Part shown: in pieces, positions 14,301 through 27,900 of the stretch
How positions within the stretch are numbered: the stretch's first letter is position 1
Layout of the letters: every line of letters starts with the position of its first letter
Source: Trichoplax adhaerens
Taxonomy: Eukaryota; Animalia; Placozoa
Assembly: GCF_000150275.1 (NCBI RefSeq)
Contig: NW_002060975.1
Span: 190,655 to 254,654 of the forward strand
Reading direction: 5' to 3'
Length of the DNA: 64,000 nt
The notes under the pieces: generated by a model
What the model was told of the DNA's origin: nothing
The model's input: the letters and a program-made list of their open reading frames with translations, nothing else
Database searches by the model: none
Made by a program: the position numbers and the translations under genes

Positions 14301-17300
14301 ATTCAATTTTTTTATCTCGACATAAAGGCCTCAAAACCTGTAGCTGATACGCAAGTTTTTGTAGTAAACGGAGATTTATAGGTTAAAATGTCTTAATAAG
14401 TTACGTAGACAAGGTGTGAAAAGAAATAGGTGCACTTACGCTTTATAGTTGACTCATTTCTATCATTACGAGAACTGAAAAGATAAAGAAAAGAAAAGGA
14501 GTAATTTAAATTATTATATTTGCTTTCTAGCTATATTTCGGATACTTTATTATAGAAAATAAAGGAAAATACGAGATGTTACTCAAATTTATTCTTAATG
14601 CTTTCATTTTAATATAAGCTATGGCTAATAAAAGTGTCAAATTAGCTTCGGATTAAAAACTTGTGTATCTTATATGATAATATCTGAGAAGAAAATGAAA
14701 TTGAATCTATCTTTGGATCTAATTACTATCTATAAATTAAGTTGAAAATAATGTGGGAATAGTCCTAATAGGCAGCAAACTATATTTTTCTTCTTATGTC
14801 CTACTTCAAACAAGCTTAAATTATTCAAATGTTGATATTTAATTTCTTTTTACTCAATCGTCTTTATGTTAATATGCATACTTGACGGGCAACAGCTGTA
14901 TACTTGCATAGCTGGATTGTTGATAAAAACTCCCTGATGAATAAATATTCATTAAATTAAACTATCCATTTATTTTACAATTACCGCCTAGCGATGGAGT
15001 AAGTTGTCAACACTGATTAAAGTCATAAAAGATCCTTTGCTTGATAAATTTCAATTAATAACAAGTTTAAGTATTTGATACTTCACATTATAGATGCGTG
15101 AAAGTATTCAAATGTAGTCAAGCACTAAAAAACTATCGCTTAATCAGGCTTTTATTAAGTACGTTAATTGAAGTATGAATTAATCAGATCCTGCTACCGA
15201 GAAATGGATCGATTAAGAGCAGATGATCTATTACAGGTTTTTCTGCCTATTTTTGTGTATGATTTATAAATACATAGCCAGAATTAAACGGAATCACGAT
15301 CAACAATACCTACCAATTAATAGCAATAGGCTATTAAATAAAGGATTTGATCAAGAATTTTTATTGGCATTAATCCTACTGTTATTTATTGGAGTTGTGA
15401 AAAGAAATGGTTGAGCTACTGTTTTACTTTACTTATTAAAATTTAGAATAGGTACTAAAAACAATGCAAAAAATATGCCTGTCTACTAGGCAGATGCAAC
15501 ATCCTTTCATTACGAATAGAAACCTATGTTTATGTTAAACATACAGGATTGCACTACGAGATAATAAATTGATGGGTGGCATTACTTTTATTAAAAATTG
15601 ACTCAGATAGCCAATAAAATCATAATTTACCCTCGATTTAAAGCTAAAGATAGCTTCAAGATTATAAGAAATTCAATTTTGATCATTTCAAAAGTCTCTT
15701 ACGCATTTCAAATCGAAATAAAATTTCTGGCCAGCAAGTAATTGGTATGCTAAGGCTTCATTTATAGCGAAATCTAAACTCTAATAACGGCAACAATTTT
15801 TTCGAAGTATATTAGATTTAAATGAAATACGGTTTGTTTTATTTTCAAAATACTGATTTGCAGTAACAAAAAATTTTTAATGAGCTTTTTTCGATAATAT
15901 GTGTAGACTGATTGATAGCAAGGGATATAATTTGGCGATTTGGCTACCCAAGTGCCTGACTACCAGAGCTCTAGACATTTATATATTTTTATATTTTGCC
16001 TTAAATTTTGACAAAGTTAATCGTTTAATGAAACATTTATGTATTTGTATCAGAATATTCCAAAATTCTTGCTACTCAATATTTGACTTTGCAGTACAAT
16101 AAATTAGTATAAATAGAAGCCTATTTTTAGCTTTACTGGGCGAAAGATCAAGCTATTTTCAATTTCTTATCCTCCTTATGACAGATGACGAGAAAGTAAT
16201 ACACAAACTGTGAAGAAATATTAATTTCAAAAATCTACTAAAAAAGTCATTTTAGTATTAATTGTATTATCGGGTATGAGAGCAATTTATATCTTACATG
16301 TATTTCTTAGAGGAGCCGGTGGAGGAATAAACTATTTTACTCTATTTATCTTATCAGTTGCTGAAGAACCAATAGTAAAAGGCATAAAATATCCCAAAAT
16401 TCAAGCTAAAACGTCTGTTTTGAAATTTTATTTAGTAACTACCAGATAGGAACTTGAATTATCGTTCGTATTCTGAAGTGATTAGTTGGAGATTAAATCT
16501 ACTAGGGAAGTCTTTTACGTTTTTGACTTACTAGTCGTAAATAGGGTAATAACATAGCATAAAATACCGTAAGATTCAGTTTCAATTTGCGTAAAACTCG
16601 ATAAAATTGCCACGTGATTCGACATTAAATCTGAAATAAGCTAATTTGCTATTTCAATTTTATTCATTAAGGAGACTTAATAATCTTAAACTAGAATCTA
16701 TATGGTCCGGTAGTAAATAATTAATAAGTTTGATTCGGTACTAACAGGTAGACATTTCAGATAATTATACTAACTAGGCTGTAATGTAAGCGAAAACTGA
16801 AAGAACTAAGTAAAAAATAAAAAATCCACTTAAATATCGTAAAGAAAGAGAAATTGCATATACGATTATCATTTACATTCATTTTTTAAATGATGATAAT
16901 CAATATGCGTACATAAAGAATAAAATGAGTCTAATTACCGCTGTTTCTGTCCGGCTAGTTTATTCTCTCGTATTAATTAATACTGTATGTGTTTGCCGTA
17001 TTGCTAGTTAATACAGTTGCCTTAAATGAGACCTTTTTCTAAAGTCGTCTTAATTAACTTATACAATCTACTGCTAATCATATTACAATACGGTCTTTCG
17101 TTTAAATTAGTCTAACTTTAGTCTAATACTTATATAAAAATATAATGCATTAAAATAGCCAATCATCATGTAGAATTCATTACCGTAATATATTATACGT
17201 ATATTTCACATATTTGTATGTGGGCTAATAATAAAATCGCTTTTTAAGCCGATGCTAGGATAGTAAAATCTTGATTGCGCTCTCAGTAAACAGTAATACC

Positions 17301-17472
17301 ATATTTAATTTGACTATAATATAGAATCAATAAATAACGAGTGCGAATTTCGTCTTACTTATTCTTTTATATGTACACCGATTTTAAAACTACTTTAGGC
17401 AATCTTTTAACTCAAGTAGTTATCATTAAATCAATTCATTGGAATAACTGGAATCGCAACAACGTTAGGAAA

Positions 17473-18960
17473 ATGGTAGCCATTGTGTGGCCAATTAGAT
17501 CTGCTGTCAGCTTCCATCATCACACCTGCTTAATTTTATGGGTGAGAAATATTAAGATGCCTTCGTTGCTACTAATAATCTACAGTGTTGTTGATTAACT
17601 TACAAAAATTAGTTATAGTAATTTCTTTTGATCAAGTTATCAGTCAAAACTTTAGCGTTATTTTTATATTGTATATAAAAGATGTGAATACGAACATTAA
17701 TTTTACGTATATCATCCACTAAACTAATTTTATGATAGTTATGAGATTATAGTAGAATTTAATAGGTTTCTTCACTATAAATACTCATGTTAACTTTTCC
17801 AACATCGTTATGATAGCTATGAGCCTAAAATCAGCTTTAAAGACTCGATGATAATATTAGAAAAATCTACGAATACTAGTATCTGAACTAGAAAATATGT
17901 GAATTGTCTCACAAAAGTACAAATATATCGTATAAAATTTGACGCAAAATAGGTTAAATATACATCAGTATGTTGGAAACTATATTTCTGATATAAGTAA
18001 AATTATCTCTTATTTCTTAATATCCTCAATTAGACCTAATTTAAAAACGCACTTAATTCTGTGCTTCTATGGTTTAACAATCCAACACCTGGTTGTTTTA
18101 AAAAATTTCTACTATGGTCTTGTGATAGGATTCTTAAAACGGTTTTTCATTCTTTACACAAGAATCTTGACATAAATGCAAATTACTTAATACGCCCTAC
18201 TATAGTAATAGTTTGAATCTAAATACAGGACTTAGTAGGCATGTTAATAATAGTCTAGACATTAAAGTAGAATTTCATAGATACGACATGACAATACTTC
18301 AATGTCTTGAGTAATTTAAAACGACTCTCTGGGTAAAAGCATTTTACCAAGTGTTAACAGATTCTTTAGTAGGCCAAAACAATAGATTTTCAATAGATAT
18401 CCAATAACATTTATTTCTAGTTTTCCGTTATCCCCTTGAATTTAATCTAATTTAAGCCCAAATTATTGCCTTATTTCAATCGTTTGAAAGCAAATTACAA
18501 TAATTAACGATTTATACTACTACAATATCGTGAAAGGGTAGCATATTCTGTAATGATTCATATTCCAGCTTCTGAAAGAAAATGAAACATTTCGTAATTT
18601 ACTCGTCATCAATCATCGGCCATTATCGAATTAAGATATCCATAACTTGAAGTAAAATACTTAAGGATGCGTTATAGGAAATGACTTAGTCTTGATTATG
18701 CTTCATAATATAAAAATACTCATTCATTAATTTGTACGCATCTGAATAATAAACATGTAGTATGTTAGGACTAGGCGCATACGGCATTTCACTATATTTT
18801 TAATTATCCACTATCAAACTATGATTTTTTATTAGTCAATTTAGGCTTTTTTTCTGTCGAATACTTTAATTTCATGCTAAACTCATTTAGAAGGATTTTA
18901 CTGATTTTTTTATATCTTTTCTTTCATTTATTTTGTAGGCTTTGGCAATTTTTCGCCTGG
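17473..18960 (+). CDS. Putative signal-peptide exons 1 (17473-17541) and 2 (22-nt microexon 18939-18960) of the adhesion GPCR
   Basis: ATG..TGG|GTGAGA, then a long pyrimidine tract, TAG|GCTTTGGCAATTTTTCGCCTGG|GTAAGT. Splicing gives MVAIVWPIRSAVSFHHHTCLILW-ALAIFRLG-QNFVHGENTSC in frame with the first lectin exon. Confidence 0.65.
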
Positions 18961-21900
18961 GTAAGTTCAAGATCTTTATAATGCAATTATTTGCCTGAAT
19001 GCTATTTTAAATTATTGGAGTAATTGCAGCAAGTTATGCTACACAGAAGGAAATTTTATACTATTCCTATTATTTAACCATGGGTATAGTTATCATTGTT
19101 GCACACTAAACTAAGAGATGATCAATTAGTAACGGATCAGTAAAAGCCTGATTTGAATTTCATTTAAATTGTCTACCCTCCAAGAATAATGAAATTTCGT
19201 GTAACATTTATTTTTATTACGTTGCTAAGATAATTCCTGACCTTAAAATGATTTATTTATCTTTAGTATAGTATTTATTTCATCTATTAAGCTGATGCAA
19301 GGTGTAAAGAACGATATTGATAATAGGCTTACCCGAAAACATGGTAATTAGATTTGAAATAAGAGTAATAACTTTACTAAGTTCATTTAAGGCTGAGAAT
19401 AACAATCTATTTTAACCCCAGGCATTCAAATAGTCTATGTGTATTACTTCCTTGCTTATAAAATATTTTAAGTAAGTAGATATTTCCCGTCGGGAGCGGA
19501 CCATTATAAGACAGTTTATAGTCTTAAATGCCACTAAGAATATTATGATGTCTCCTACGTCCAACTTACTAGGAATAAACTTTGCAGTTCGCTCGAATTT
19601 CGTTAGACAATAATGGATTGATTGCACACTGTACGCCTATTATACACTGCGATCCAAATCGTCTATTTTGGATCGTAGTGAACTATGTACACCTCATTTG
19701 CTAATTAACGTAAAGTTCTATTGTGACTTTATTTTACATAGATTCACCTTAGGATGGAATTTAAAGCACATTTAGCTTAATGAAATTGCAATTAGCTAAA
19801 TATCGAAAAATTTGATTTGAGTCGCTAAAGCTGCTCAGAGACGCTAGAGTACCTATTCTGTTAGCATACCACAGCATAACTTTACAATCCATTTGGGATT
19901 CAGTAAATTAATAATGAATTCAGTCTGCACTCTAATTTCGTCTAGATAATGTAGTAACCTCATTCTGGACCACACATACCGTCAAGGATACCTATGGACT
20001 TCTGTTTCATCATAGCATTCAATAGATAAAAGTTTGCAACCAAAATAGGATCATAAAGTTGAGAGATTATATTTGTCATGATAGTCAGGGTAAGGAGAAT
20101 ATAATCGGTGACTTTTAAATATAATTAACATCTTACCTACTTTCAATACTGTAAATTTCTCTTTATAATTGTTAAATTCCTGAATAGTTTTAAATATCGT
20201 ACCGGTTTGAAATAGCTGCACGGAGAGAATTTATGTCTTTTACAATAATATCTATATGCCCCTAAAGTTGTTGACATTTATTAGTCACAATTCTTACTGC
20301 ATCATATATATTACATTAGATTCCACATCAATACATTTCATTAGAGATAGAAGAACATCCAAGACTGTAAGGATTAACTCAGAAATTATTGATATCAACT
20401 TCAGCATCACACTGTCACTTGTCTAATACCATCGAATAAATATATTTTGAATTAATTCTCACAGAAGTAATGCAACTACTTTTGTATCTGTATTTCACGG
20501 TATACTATAATTGAAGCTGATACTCCTATTTTGTATCAATGCGATACCAGCTGTGTCAAGATTATTATCTTGTAGTATTATTGGAAGTAAAATACTGTAA
20601 TATTGCACCAAGAAACTCAAGTATAAGTGGAGAATATCTTACTATCTTCTACTTGCTCGTACTTTTATGGAAACTAGTAGGCCTATCAATATCCAATTTT
20701 GTACTATTGGGGTGGACATCACTTCTATCGATTAATTGTAGTATCAAGGACAATCCTTACGAAAACGAATGCTAGTATTAGCTGGCATTACGCTATTCTC
20801 TTACTTAATTTCCAAACAACAATACGCAATTGTTTATTAAAAATACAATTTATTCAAGCCTTAAGTTTAATACTAGCATTGGAGTTAAATATGGTTTAAT
20901 GCCAACATAGTTTATGTGCTCAAACTTTCGCAATTTAGAGGTAGCCGATATCAGGCAAAACGATTCATAACATACAGGAATTTATTTCAAAATAACAACA
21001 AAATTTATTTATGTAAGAGATTATGTCTCTTTAATGAATAATGATGTGCATTATAATATTAAGAAGACATAAATAATTCTCTTGCTTATCATATTCAATA
21101 CATAAATGAGAGAAATTTTTGACGTGGTATTTTGATGCTGTCAAGTCATTTATTGGACAAAAATTTTATTATAACCTTGCTGAAATTTCTTCGGGTCATC
21201 ACATAGAGAAATTTTGTTGTCATTATTACAGCTCAATAGATTAAAAACAAGTTACAATTACGCATCCTCTTGACAATATTTGATGTTAATTAAATTCAGA
21301 AGATGGGTTCGATTTATTGAAAAACTTCTATTGATCTCTTAATAAATAACTAATCAATATGTTTACATATTAAATTAATTTCAATGGAAGTAAAAAAAAT
21401 AAACACCTAGATAGAATAGAATTATAGAAATTTTATTTTTAATCCCTCAAGTCAGGAATTTAGATCTTCCATATTCATTCTTCTTACGAATAATCAAGTC
21501 ATTTATTGACGCTATAAGATATAAATCGAGATCTTTTATAAAATAGAATATCTGTGGTTATCATGATTAATAAGAAAGAAGTTAAGCACCGGTATTATTA
21601 TACTATGTCATTGTTCGTTGATCAATAGATCAAGGGTAACATATAATACCTAAACTATTTCATCCATTTAATATTACTGCGGACTTTACCATATTTTACA
21701 TTACAAGGGTATAGACAATAATGATTACTGCTACACCTAAATGCCCTGATGCTATAGCCGCACCTGTTTAGTATATTTTAGCTACCAGATGATCCAATGA
21801 AATAAATCTCATATCGATATACGCATAGATAAAGAAAACTCGGCGAATAACATAATATCCTCTTAACCAAAATGAATTGAGAATTACAATAAACAGAAAA

Positions 21901-24900
21901 ATAACTATTTTGCTTAACTATAGTCTACTACTTGACCTCACCAATGTATTAATTACAGAGACTATCTGTCAGTCTAGGAAGATTTTCATACGTTCTTGAA
22001 ACTTAATCATCCACTTTAAAGAACGTTACCCACTACCCTGAAATTTTATATGAAAATCATATGAGAAAGGTATATATATTTAGCATATTACTATAGAAGA
22101 TATTACAGAGTTCTCTAAATCTATCGAGAACAGACTAGAAAATCTTGCTATGCGTCTCTTACTGTATATGATAAACATGAAATTGGTATCGTTGATCTAA
22201 ATCACATAATACCATTATAGCATGCACTTTAGTGAACTATCATTGAGATAGACATTAAATTTCAATCTTAATAGTAATCACTGTCTGTATATAATCGTGA
22301 ATGGTTTGTTAAGTGAGGTCCACAACATGACTTGATCGTATTGGCGCTGGAAAAATATAGCTAGATTGAGCTTGTCTAAGGACAAATGCCGATCCTGTAC
22401 TTTTCTTGCATTTCGATGGATATATTTCATCAAATTTAAGACTGAAAATTTTTCTTCCAAAATCTATAAAATGCAAAGGTTTTCATCTATTTAACCGAGG
22501 AAATGTATCCATATCATTATTTATAGAATTTTTCTATCTGTATTATGATCGCCTACCAAATAAACTCACTTCAAGTGAGATTAAAATCTTTCCAAAGTCG
22601 ACGATAAGAATTCAATTTTTTACTTGATTTAATAAATGGTTTATATATGCAGGCCAAAATTTCGTTCATGGTGAAAATACAAGCTGTGATGCTGGTTGGA
22701 GCCAATTTGGTTACAGTTGCATGCAATTGCAAACCACTCTGGTCACTTTTGATGATGCTGTTGCTTCCTGTCAAGCCATGGGCGGTCGATTAGTGGAAAT
22801 TGATAGTGGCAGCAAGGAATCCTTTATCCAAAGTTCTGTTCTAATATCGAGTCACCAGAGTTACTGGATTGGATTGAGAGATTTGAATAGTGATAATAAA
22901 CTCAGCAGTTACAAGTGGATAACCACAAATCGTAGTCCCCAAGTTCTTGGATACTCTAATTGGGATACAGGACTATCATCTGGTACAGATGATAACTGTA
23001 CCGCTCTTGTTTATCAACATTCTATTTGGGGATGGTTTGAAAAGAAATGTCAAGAACAATATTACTTTATATGTCAATCAGGTAAGCTTAAGCTGATTGA
23101 TAGCCGCTTCGATAAATTTTTATTAATTAGCATCGTATAGTAACATACCTGCATTAAAGAACGTGAACTGATAGCTTAAGCCTGTTTGAAGTAGAAATTA
23201 ATGCAAACTTAGTCATTCTTGCCATTTTTGCTATTGCTATCCACTACGACCTCTATATTACCTAGCGTAAGATTTCAAAGAGCTTGATTTCTATAAAACA
23301 CTGTAGTCTATTCCCGAAATTCTATGCTACTGTAGTTGAACGGCAATAAATAGATAACGAGTTCTAGTGAATATCAGAGGTCGTCCATTGGAGTAAAATA
23401 CGAAATTGTATTCCTGTTTGAGTTATAAAATCAAGATGGGATAGAGAGCTCAGTAAGTACTTTATTTGATTAGTATCTGATAAAAGTTCACTGTACAAAA
23501 TATCATTGATGTAAGATGATTAATTATCAATCAATGTAACACAAAAAGGAATAAAACAAGCGTTTGTAGCTAGCATGGGTTTTCACAAGATTGCAATGCA
23601 ACAAGACTGTTTTGCGATAAATGCGAGAGCAAGTAAAGTTGAAATTATTTCGCCAATATTTCATTTAGGACTTGAACAAAATGGTTCATGCTTGCCTGGA
23701 TGGGCAAAATATCAAAATAGTACTTGTTTAAAACAATTTACACATACTGCATCATTTGAAGATGCTCTGGCCGTCTGCCATCACTATAATGCTTCCCTGG
23801 CTGAAATTGATAATGAAGAAAAGGAAAATTTTATCGAAGCAAATGTAACTAGTACAAGCTATACCAATAATTGGATCGGGTTAGTGGATACTCCAACTCT
23901 ATCACATCCCACAGATCATTCATGGTTAATTAGTGGATTATCACTCCGATCAACGGGCTACTCAAAATGGTATTTACGTCAGCCAAATGCTGCTAATCAA
24001 GCTTGCGTAGTAATACAATGGTTTGATGAACGTTGGCAATGGTGGGATTTACCATGCTCTCTTGGAAGAGTTTATATCTGCGAAAAGAGTAAGTTAATTC
24101 AATTTTATTGGGCTATCAATAGCAGTCACTAAATTCATAGCTATTCTTTCTGCTTAACTGAGGATAATGAACAATATCGCTTTATCGAATAGATGATAGC
24201 TGGAGTCTTTGCAAAGATTGATAGCGCGATTCGAAACCCTATAACATTGATAAAATTGCATCTTTTATTCTAGTTTTACCTATGCCAACTACAGAACCAA
24301 CAACAATTCTACCAACGACAGAGAAATCAACAATTGACGCAATAATGACTCAAGAGCCGACAACAAACTCACCAACCACAGATTTATCCACTACCAATGA
24401 ACCGACAACAGATTTGTCCGCTACCAATGAACCGACAACAGATTTAGCCACTACAAGTGGGCCTGAAACTAATCCACCAACTGCCAATCAAGCTTCGACC
24501 GATCCAAGTGCTGCAGTTGATACTACTAATCCATTAATAGAGACAACCGAAAATTCAGCAACAAATCTATCCACTAATGATCATTTTATGATGGCTACTA
24601 ATGGAGCAGCTAGTGCTGCTTCACCAAATCAGCTTGCTACAACCAAAGAAACAACTAACCAGCCAACAATCAATCAATCTTTCCACACCATAAATACCTT
24701 GAGTACTACCAGTAATTCATATAGTACTCCGCAGATCTCCTATTTTTTGCAACAGGTAAAGAGAATAAATAACTTTACAAGTAGTTGTTTACTACTGTGA
24801 TAGAGAGTTCTATGATTTAGTGAAAGTCGATTTAGTACTATTGCTACTTAGAAATTGACGTAAATGAGTTGATTGAAAAAAAAGATTCTTATAGACTTCA

Positions 24901-27900
24901 AGTGTGAGGTAGTTACCATAGGGTAGAGTATTAGCTGGCGTAAAGTAACGTAAGAATAGTCAACACTCTGACTATTGCAACAATTTAATAAATCTGAGGC
25001 AGAGACTATATGTACTGTATTGAAAATGTTAGAGATAGAACACATATAGAGGACATAATTGTACAATTAGATACAACATCTACCATTACATGCGTAGTCT
25101 ATATAATAGCAAATGATTGTAGGAGATTATGAAGAATGCAAGTGCTATAAATTAACTAAACATGATAAGATACAGTATATTTATCTATAGTACGGTAAGA
25201 CTGTCAAGGTATCCCTGTTTAAGAACAAGTTAGGATATCAATATTAAGTAAATACTACAAGCACAGCATAATCTGAATGTAATACAATTACCTTTTGATG
25301 TCATTCTGTAACAATTTATCCAGTAAGAGCTATTGGACGATAAATTAGCTTCGATCGAAGTTGGACACCTGTTCGTTGCTAACTATATCTTATCTTTCCA
25401 TCAGATTAATAATACAGAGAATTTCACTATCCAAAAATCTATTGAAATTATCCGTGAATTAAGAGTCGAGCTTCAGTTAAAATTAAATGCACAATCAGAC
25501 GAATTAAAAGCATATAGTCAAGGTTTAGCAACAGTTGTTAATCGTACCGACGTTACTAAAGCAAGCTTAAGCGACAAGAAAGAAGTAGCCGAGGTAAGCA
25601 TGATTTCGTTTTATGCAATGGCTTGCCGCAACCTTAGGTATAACTAAGTTACTCTACTGCTCCTTTACTTTTCAGCTTGTCTTCAACAGTGTTGAAAAAA
25701 TGACATCGGTTACCGAAATACAAAATGATAGCCAGGTTGTCAATTCTTTCATAAGTGCTGATATTGTAGTTAATAACATAGCTGAAAGACAGATATAATG
25801 TTGACATATTGCTTAAATATCTTCTCATTAGGCGAGTACTCTTGTAACTGAATACATCCAAATCATGGACCAAATTGGATCTCGAATTGCTTCTAGTATG
25901 AAAATTGGAGAATCTATTGAAATTGTTAGCAATGAAACTGGTAAGCTTTTAATGTATTTTCTATCTAAATTTCGTACTACGAGATTTTTCATTGACATAT
26001 TCCTTAAATTGCAATAAACATCTCAGATATCTCAAGCTATCATTCATTCTAGCCAGAAAGTAAAGCTTAATTAGCTTAAATTTGAATCTTCATATTCTTC
26101 TATGTAGCGTCAAAATTTAACATCGAAGTAAAAAGTTCACAAGAAGTACAGCAATATGGATATAATCATACATTAATAGCTGGAAATAATGATCGCTACC
26201 ATTTCGGAGTTTCAAAATCTATCTTTGGATCAGGAGGTGATTGATAAATCTAGAAATGAATTTTAATACCATAAATTTCTACTGCGTATATCACAAAAAT
26301 ATTTACGACACTTTTGTATTCTTATTCTCACATATACCAATGATAGATCCCAAGGTTGAAATTATTACCGGAGTTTATCAATTCTTAGGAGGAATATTAA
26401 ATCAAACCACCGCTTCAACGTAAGTCTAATAGAGTTTATCAAAAACCCAGGAAATAAGTTTCGTTCGTATAAAATTGATAAAAACTTATGATCTCAATAT
26501 TTTGATGACAGGCAGAAGAAGTTGTATTCACAAATTTTATCTTGTTCGGTTAATCCAAAACTACCATCTTACCAAGAATATTTCTTTACCTATCAAATTC
26601 CATATACTATCAGTACTAATGGAAATTCGGTAAAGCAAGAATAAATATAATTAAAATATGATTATGAATTCGTTAGTAATAGGAATGTGCTTCACACAAC
26701 TTAGTTGTTACATATGAGTGAATAGTCTTTCGTTACATCTTGCGATTAAGGCATCAATTCTAATTAAAATTCGGTAACGTAAGAATAGACATCATTAGAA
26801 TATGTTTATGAATCTAACAATAGTAGAACAGTTTTTATCCAACTTAATACTTAGCTATTAAATGTAAATGGATCACATTTCGTATATTACAACTTACGGA
26901 ATACTCGTATTCTAATCGTAAGTAGTTTTTCAGCATGATCAGCAATATTGATTTGTAAAGTTTAGATTTACACTCCTTTTGCGGTAACTGTACATATCAT
27001 ATAGATTCAAAGTTGAAACTAATAATATAATTTATGCTTGTAATAAATTATACTGTAAAATTTATATAGTATTACCTGGTACAGCTAAAGCCTGCCGACC
27101 GGAATAACTAGCAATCTATAATATTACTTAACTCATCTATGTTCCTATGCTATAAGCTATTACAGCTCATGAGAGGATTACGTGAATGTCTTCAAATAAA
27201 TAGGATGCGAAACTATAGCTTAATTCACTTCTACGGCAAATTATATAATTCTCATATCTACAATCTACTCATTTATCAACAGAGTAACCTTCCGATGGTA
27301 ACATCATCATCGGCCAACAATACAACGATGGAATGTGTATACTGGAATTTAACGACCAAGTAAGTTAAAGTAGCAGCTTTAGTAATATATTACATAACAT
27401 CACCTATCAAGTATAAGTGTTATTGAACTAAGTTTATAATAAAATTATAAGTACAGTATATGATGAACCAAGCCAATCAGAATTAAACGGACAATAATAT
27501 GCTTATGAAAATATACCTTTGAACAATTTACAATCCTTCCTTTATCTGTCCATTGGAATATTATGTTTACTTCTAATTGCTAATGCTATAAAATAATAGC
27601 ACTTAATTATTACAATTGATATCTGCCATCAATAAACTGGAATAGCATTATCTGTCTCGCTTTATTTTGAATAGCAAATGGTCCGACGATGGCTGTAAAT
27701 TATTGTCCAGCAATCAATCGCAGTATGCAACTTGTGCCTGTAATCACTTAACCCATTTCGCACTATTATTGCAAGTTTCAGATGTAAGCTATAAATCAGC
27801 CCAAATTGTGTAATAAAATATGAATCTGAGCAATGAGATATTGACAGGAAATTAGTTTACTATTGATTGATATCTGTAAATATTCACTACATAAGAATAA

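Noticed and set aside
1692-16102. Short 60-90 aa ORFs in the ORF track
   Set aside because: No motifs, many have non-ATG starts, and their composition is that of random AT-rich DNA.
21141-21508. Exact 15-bp repeat TCAAGTCATTTATTG at 21141 and 21494
   Set aside because: Only two short AT-rich copies; nothing else supports a function.
24796-25260. Possible LTR in intron 5 starting TGTGATAG
   Set aside because: No CA terminus adjacent to a matching direct repeat.
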